Of a DNA stretch of 45,952 nucleotides, positions 41,661 through 45,952 are shown in pieces (position 1 is the first letter of the stretch; every line of letters starts with the position of its first letter). The notes under the pieces are model-generated. The model saw only the letters and a program-made list of their open reading frames with translations, ran no database searches and was not told the origin of the DNA. Source of the stretch: a virus (taxonomy: Duplodnaviria > Caudoviricetes); the IMG/VR virus record IMGVR_UViG_3300049139_000096, positions 1-45,952 of that record; one strand, 5' to 3'. The translations under genes were made by a program, and so were the position numbers.

Positions 41661-42141
41661 TGCGACGCCCGGAACGGTCCATCACGTTGCGCTCAACATG
41701 CGAGAGCGAGATTACAAAGAGTTCTCGGCGATCTCCTTCACGACCGACCGCCAGCAATTGGCCGACGCAATGGCCGAACGCTATGGCGAACGAAATGACG
41801 TCATGGTCGGCTGCCTGGACGACTACACGCCGGTCTGTGTGGGCGCGGCGGTCATGGCGCGGCCCAATGTCGTCACGCTGCTGTTTTTCGCCACCGAGCA
41901 GTTCGGGGAAATTGCGCTGCCTGTGACGCGATTTATCAGGAAGCAATTCCTGCCTCGTCTCGTCCATACGGGCGTCCATCGGATCGAAGCCGTGTCACTG
42001 GCGGGCTACGTCGAGACGCACGCCTGGCTGAAAACCCTCGGCTTGGATCAGGAGACTGGCGATTTACGCGGGTATGGAAAACACGGTGAAGTTTTTCGAC
42101 AATTTGCATGGAGCAGAGATGATCGTCCGTTTGGGGCTTGA
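41647..42141 (+). CDS. GNAT-fold/T7 gp13-like virion assembly protein
   Basis: VALNMRERD..E...AWLKTLG; typical position after the nozzle; TTG start. Confidence 0.6.
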   Translation: MRISNATPGTVHHVALNMRERDYKEFSAISFTTDRQQLADAMAERYGERNDVMVGCLDDYTPVCVGAAVMARPNVVTLLFFATEQFGEIALPVTRFIRKQFLPRLVHTGVHRIEAVSLAGYVETHAWLKTLGLDQETGDLRGYGKHGEVFRQFAWSRDDRPFGA

Positions 42142-42574
42142 AAAAGACGTCGATGCGATCGTGGAACTGGCTTTGGTCAATCACGGTCTGTCGACACCTT
42201 ATCTGGAATTCTCAGAAGAGAAGGTCCGGCAGACCTACTATGATTATCTCGATACTGCGGCGACGACGTTCTTCGTGGCCGAGGAAGATAGCAAGGTCGT
42301 CGGTTTCATTATGGCGACCATGAACGAATACCGGCACGCCTCTGGACTTTATGTAGCATGTGAAGTAGTTTTTGTAGACCCCGCGTACCACGGCAGTCGC
42401 GCCGCCATACTGTTAGTAAAAGAGCTCATCAAATGGGCGGAACTGCTTAACGCAGTCGAAATTACTGGCGGAAACGATAACTCCCTGAAAACCGATCGCA
42501 CAACCAAGTTTTTTCAACACTTCGGGTTTGAGCAGGTCGGATCGTTTATGCGGCGGATGATCCAAAATGGGTAA
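42119..42574 (+). CDS. GNAT-family acetyltransferase
   Basis: FFVAEEDSKVVGFI...VFVDPAYHGS.AA..L...FFQHFGFE. Confidence 0.8.
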   Translation: MIVRLGLEKDVDAIVELALVNHGLSTPYLEFSEEKVRQTYYDYLDTAATTFFVAEEDSKVVGFIMATMNEYRHASGLYVACEVVFVDPAYHGSRAAILLVKELIKWAELLNAVEITGGNDNSLKTDRTTKFFQHFGFEQVGSFMRRMIQNG

Positions 42575-43292
42575 AAAAGGCGGTTCCAATAAGGAGGCAG
42601 CGCGAGCTCGCCAAGACGAGCAGGAGCGCCAGGCGCGCATTCGTGCTGGTACTGAGCGCGTCAACGCGATCTTTGACGGCGGCACGGTAGGGGGAACTAC
42701 GACACGCGCGGCTCCGACTAATGTCGTGGAGACGTTGACAGGTGGTCGCGTCCTGCCAGGGCAACCCGCCGAAACTTTTAATGGGGCGTTCACAGACGAT
42801 TTCTTCAAGCAGCGTCGGCAGTCCTTCCTGGACTATGCGACCCCGCAGCTGGAAGATCAGTATGGCGGTGCGCAGAAGGAACTTACCTTCGCGCTGGCCC
42901 GTAGTGGCCTGCTAGACAGTTCGGTTCGCGGTGACAAAACAGCCGAGCTTCAGAAGAAATATGATTTGAACAAACAGCAGATCGGCGACCAGGCGCTGTC
43001 CTTCGAGACAGAGGCGCGCAATTCAGTTGAAGACGCGCGGTCGAACCTGATCGCCACGCTGAACGCTACCGGCGACGCAGAAGGGGCCGCGAGTTCAGCT
43101 ATTGCCCGCGCTTCCGCGCTTTCGAAGCCGCAGGCGTATAGCCCGCTGTCGCAGTTGTTCGCTGACTTCACGTCCGGCCTCGGTACGCAGGCGGCGTTGG
43201 AAAAGGCGAACTACTACTCCGGAGGCCAGACAGGCGCTCGATATCAGACGGGGCTGTTCGCTCCTAAGTCGAACGCAGTGAAGGTGTCGTAA
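42567..43292 (+). CDS. internal virion/ejection protein
   Basis: MGKKGGS N-terminus; FALARSGLLDSS; position in the operon. Confidence 0.6.
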   Translation: MGKKGGSNKEAARARQDEQERQARIRAGTERVNAIFDGGTVGGTTTRAAPTNVVETLTGGRVLPGQPAETFNGAFTDDFFKQRRQSFLDYATPQLEDQYGGAQKELTFALARSGLLDSSVRGDKTAELQKKYDLNKQQIGDQALSFETEARNSVEDARSNLIATLNATGDAEGAASSAIARASALSKPQAYSPLSQLFADFTSGLGTQAALEKANYYSGGQTGARYQTGLFAPKSNAVKVS

Positions 43293-43293
43293 G

Positions 43294-43953
43294 ATGTGCG
43301 ATCCAGCCACCATTGCGGGTGTAGTTCTTTCGGGCGCTTCGGCAGCCATGAACGCTTCTGCACAGTCCAAGATCCAGAACGCGCGCGACGACGCGATGGC
43401 GGCGGAACGCATCCGTCAGGGTGGATTGGACAAGGAAGCAGCGGCGGTAAATATCCAAGCGCAGGATCGTTTCGAAGGCTTCGACGAGAAGCGAGAGAAA
43501 AACGAAGCGGAACTGGCGGAATACTTCAAGGGGCAGGACGTCGCGGAGCCGACGGCGGCCGCGGCTTTGCCGACGTCTGCGTCTAACATCACCGTGACGG
43601 AAGAAGCCAAGCAGCGCGGCCTTGCGAAGGATATGACGGATAAGACCGGCGCCGCGCTCGGCAACTTGCGTTCGTTCGGTGATCTGCTCGGGTCCACCAG
43701 TCGCTTGCAGGCGCGTGACGCCATGAATGTCGGCCAGATCGGAGGCTTCAAGCGCGGTTCGTCTAACGTGCTGTCCTACGAGCTCGACGCCGCCAACAGC
43801 AAGGGCCAAGGTCTGCGGACATTTGCGGACATCCTTGGCGGTGTCGGCAGTCTCGCCACGAACGCCGGGCTTTCATCCACGGCTCCGGGCGTACCGAAAG
43901 CAGGAACGCTTATTCCAACGCCTACGCCGCGTCCGGCGTTGCGCGTTTACTGA
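43294..43953 (+). CDS. internal virion/ejection protein
   Basis: MCDPATIAG.. N-terminus typical of podoviral ejection proteins. Confidence 0.65.
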   Translation: MCDPATIAGVVLSGASAAMNASAQSKIQNARDDAMAAERIRQGGLDKEAAAVNIQAQDRFEGFDEKREKNEAELAEYFKGQDVAEPTAAAALPTSASNITVTEEAKQRGLAKDMTDKTGAALGNLRSFGDLLGSTSRLQARDAMNVGQIGGFKRGSSNVLSYELDAANSKGQGLRTFADILGGVGSLATNAGLSSTAPGVPKAGTLIPTPTPRPALRVY

Positions 43954-43962
43954 GGATCGCAG

Positions 43963-45459
43963 ATGCCGATACAAAATTCGCGCTACTTTAACGATCCGGC
44001 CATTGGCGCCGCTTTCGGAAACATTGCGCAGATGTTCGCCCCGCCGAGCGGCAGCGACCTATCCGGCTATGCGGCCGCCGCGGCCAAGAAGGAAGAGGCC
44101 GCGCGTCTCGCGGAACTGTTCAACTACGCCAAGGATCCAGGCGTCCAGCAGGGCGTCTTCGATCGTCTCGGTCAGGCGACCGGCCAGTGGACACCTTCGC
44201 AGGGCTATTACGCCGTCGACAGCAGCGCGGACGTCGCGCGTCGCGGACAGGATATCGGCGCCAGCACAGCGCTTTCGACGAACGCGGCTGACAACGCGCG
44301 TGCGCTGCAGACGTCTGCAATGGACAATCAGCGTGGCGCAATCACATCGCTGTATGGGGCTTTGAGCGAAGGACAGATCGCGCCGGCAGTTCCGGCTGAT
44401 ATCGCCGGCCTCATCGGGTTGCCCGGCATCGGCCAGCGCACGGGCGCACCGAAGGCGCTTTCCGAAACAGAGTTTGACGCGCAGCAGAAGGCCCGGCTTC
44501 TTGGCGAAGGCCAACTGACCGACGACATGCTGCTCGATGCGATCGTCGGCGAGCGCTCGCCTGTGCAGGCCGTTGGCCCTGACGGGGCTCCTGTGTTCAT
44601 GTCGCCAGGCGAAGCAGTGCGACAGAACGCACCGGCTTACGTCAACAAGGGCGCACAGGCCAAGCCGCAGAATGCCGTTGCTCTTATGCCGGATCGCAAG
44701 ACCCGCGTCCCGGCCGTTCAGGCTGCAGACGGGAAATGGGTTCACGCGCAAACGGGCCAGCCTCTCCCGGACGGTATCGAAATCTTCGATCTGCCGAAGG
44801 CGGAAGGTTCTGCCTCGGACGTTGGGTTCGGTGCGCCGACGGTCGCCAATCAGACGAGCAGCAACAATCAGGAAGCCGAGGTCACGCGGACACTAAGCCT
44901 CCTCGACATCTACGAAAGTGCGCTGGACAACAATCCTGGTGCGCTCGGCCTTGCCGGTCTGGTCCGCGGAACTGCGCAGAACGCAGCCGCGACTGCGACC
45001 GATCTCGCGGCAGCGTTCGGCGGTTCGGCTCCGGAAGTTGCGGAGGCCGCTGCGGATCTGCGCGCTGGGCTACAGGGTATCGCGCCCGATCTGTTCGATC
45101 CGTCCATTCCAGAGATCGCATTCTTGCAGGGCACGCTGGCCTATTCGCTGGCCCGCACGGAAAACCCTTCGGGTGAGGTCAGCCGTCAGGCTTACGAACG
45201 TGCGATCGAGCGCGTCAAGGGCGGCGGAATGCTCGCTAACACGCAATCGGCGAAAGCTTCCACGCAGGCGCTCCGGAAAGTTCTCGGCACGCAGCTGGAT
45301 GGCATTCGCACGCTTCGCGCGCCAGGGACTGGCCGGACCGATACGAGCTACCAGCAAACGGCGCCTACGGGCGGCCCGGCGCCCGGAACGGTCGAAGAAG
45401 GTTTCCGCTTCAAGGGCGGCGATCCCGCTGATCCGGCGAATTGGGAGGCTGTGCAGTAA
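43963..45459 (+). CDS. internal virion/DNA transfer protein
   Basis: 498 aa Ala/Gly/Gln-rich; C-terminal GFRFKGGDPADPANW motif. Confidence 0.65.
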   Translation: MPIQNSRYFNDPAIGAAFGNIAQMFAPPSGSDLSGYAAAAAKKEEAARLAELFNYAKDPGVQQGVFDRLGQATGQWTPSQGYYAVDSSADVARRGQDIGASTALSTNAADNARALQTSAMDNQRGAITSLYGALSEGQIAPAVPADIAGLIGLPGIGQRTGAPKALSETEFDAQQKARLLGEGQLTDDMLLDAIVGERSPVQAVGPDGAPVFMSPGEAVRQNAPAYVNKGAQAKPQNAVALMPDRKTRVPAVQAADGKWVHAQTGQPLPDGIEIFDLPKAEGSASDVGFGAPTVANQTSSNNQEAEVTRTLSLLDIYESALDNNPGALGLAGLVRGTAQNAAATATDLAAAFGGSAPEVAEAAADLRAGLQGIAPDLFDPSIPEIAFLQGTLAYSLARTENPSGEVSRQAYERAIERVKGGGMLANTQSAKASTQALRKVLGTQLDGIRTLRAPGTGRTDTSYQQTAPTGGPAPGTVEEGFRFKGGDPADPANWEAVQ

Positions 45460-45952
45460 TGCCACCTTGGGAAAAGTACCGCCAGCAGCCCGCTGCAGGT
45501 CCGTGGAGCAAATATAGCGCTCCGGCGCCAGCGGCTGAACCGCCCGTTTCCGCCGTACCGCAGACAACCGAGCCGCAGGTCGAGTTCGTCCAGCCACCGC
45601 CCACAGCTGGCGCGGTCGGCATTCGCCCGCCTGCTGGCGTTCCTGTGTTCGGGGGTCAAACCGCAGCGGTCGCACCAGAGGCACCAGCCGCACCGGCCGT
45701 TCCCGAAGACGGGCAGGGCTGGATGGAAGCCATCTTCGGCGTTGCGGACCAAGGCGTTCGCGGTGTCGTCGAAGGCTTGACGAACATCGTCGGCCTTCCT
45801 CAAGCAGGATCCGAACTGGAGCGCTCCGGCGCAAAGTGGGTGCTGAACAAGTTCGGCGCGCCGCAGGGCATGGTCGACGCGGTCGACTACCTGACGCCCC
45901 TTGCAGACGTTGCGCCGAGCGCGTCCGGAATGCAGGGCGCGCTCGACACGGC
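45459..45952 (+). CDS. N-terminal part of a large internal virion protein (3'-partial)
   Basis: MPPWEKYRQQPAAGPWSKY..., open to the window end; TAATG coupling. Confidence 0.65.
   Translation, partial: MPPWEKYRQQPAAGPWSKYSAPAPAAEPPVSAVPQTTEPQVEFVQPPPTAGAVGIRPPAGVPVFGGQTAAVAPEAPAAPAVPEDGQGWMEAIFGVADQGVRGVVEGLTNIVGLPQAGSELERSGAKWVLNKFGAPQGMVDAVDYLTPLADVAPSASGMQGALDT

Overview
The window is a near-complete ~46 kb temperate podovirus-like phage genome, most likely of an alphaproteobacterial (Rhizobiales-type) host, judging by its GapR/DUF2312, GcrA-like and BTLCP genes and its tRNA-Thr attP. It is opened inside a large internal-virion gene: the 5' part is at the right edge, the 3' part at the left edge, and the two are not contiguous in frame. 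An intact attP (3' half of tRNA-Thr-GGT) lies next to int/xis/repressor, so this is the excised or virion form. Modules, in order: (1) lysogeny switch; (2) replication/recombination operon (RusA, DUF5664, SNF2-like helicase, DUF2800, DUF2815 SSB, ACP, GapR, MTase, family A polymerase, HNH, BTLCP protease); (3) displaced minus-strand tailspike, J-domain and GcrA-fragment genes; (4) early small ORFs and a primase-helicase followed by an iteron array; (5) TerS, ncRNAs and the lysis cassette; (6) TerL, portal, scaffold, capsid, tail and ejection genes. Most unusual observations: about 12 unrelated proteins share a C-terminal [IL][FL]x/G-I-F-G tag; there is a non-canonical tRNA-Thr(CGT)-like RNA with a 5-bp acceptor stem and an extra hairpin in the T arm; there is a CCUCCUCCC 'cuckoo'-type sRNA; a start-associated sequence AAGGAACACCGACATG recurs; and one 9-bp repeat is shared by attP and the promoters. 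All protein calls come from motif recognition by eye, not database searches.
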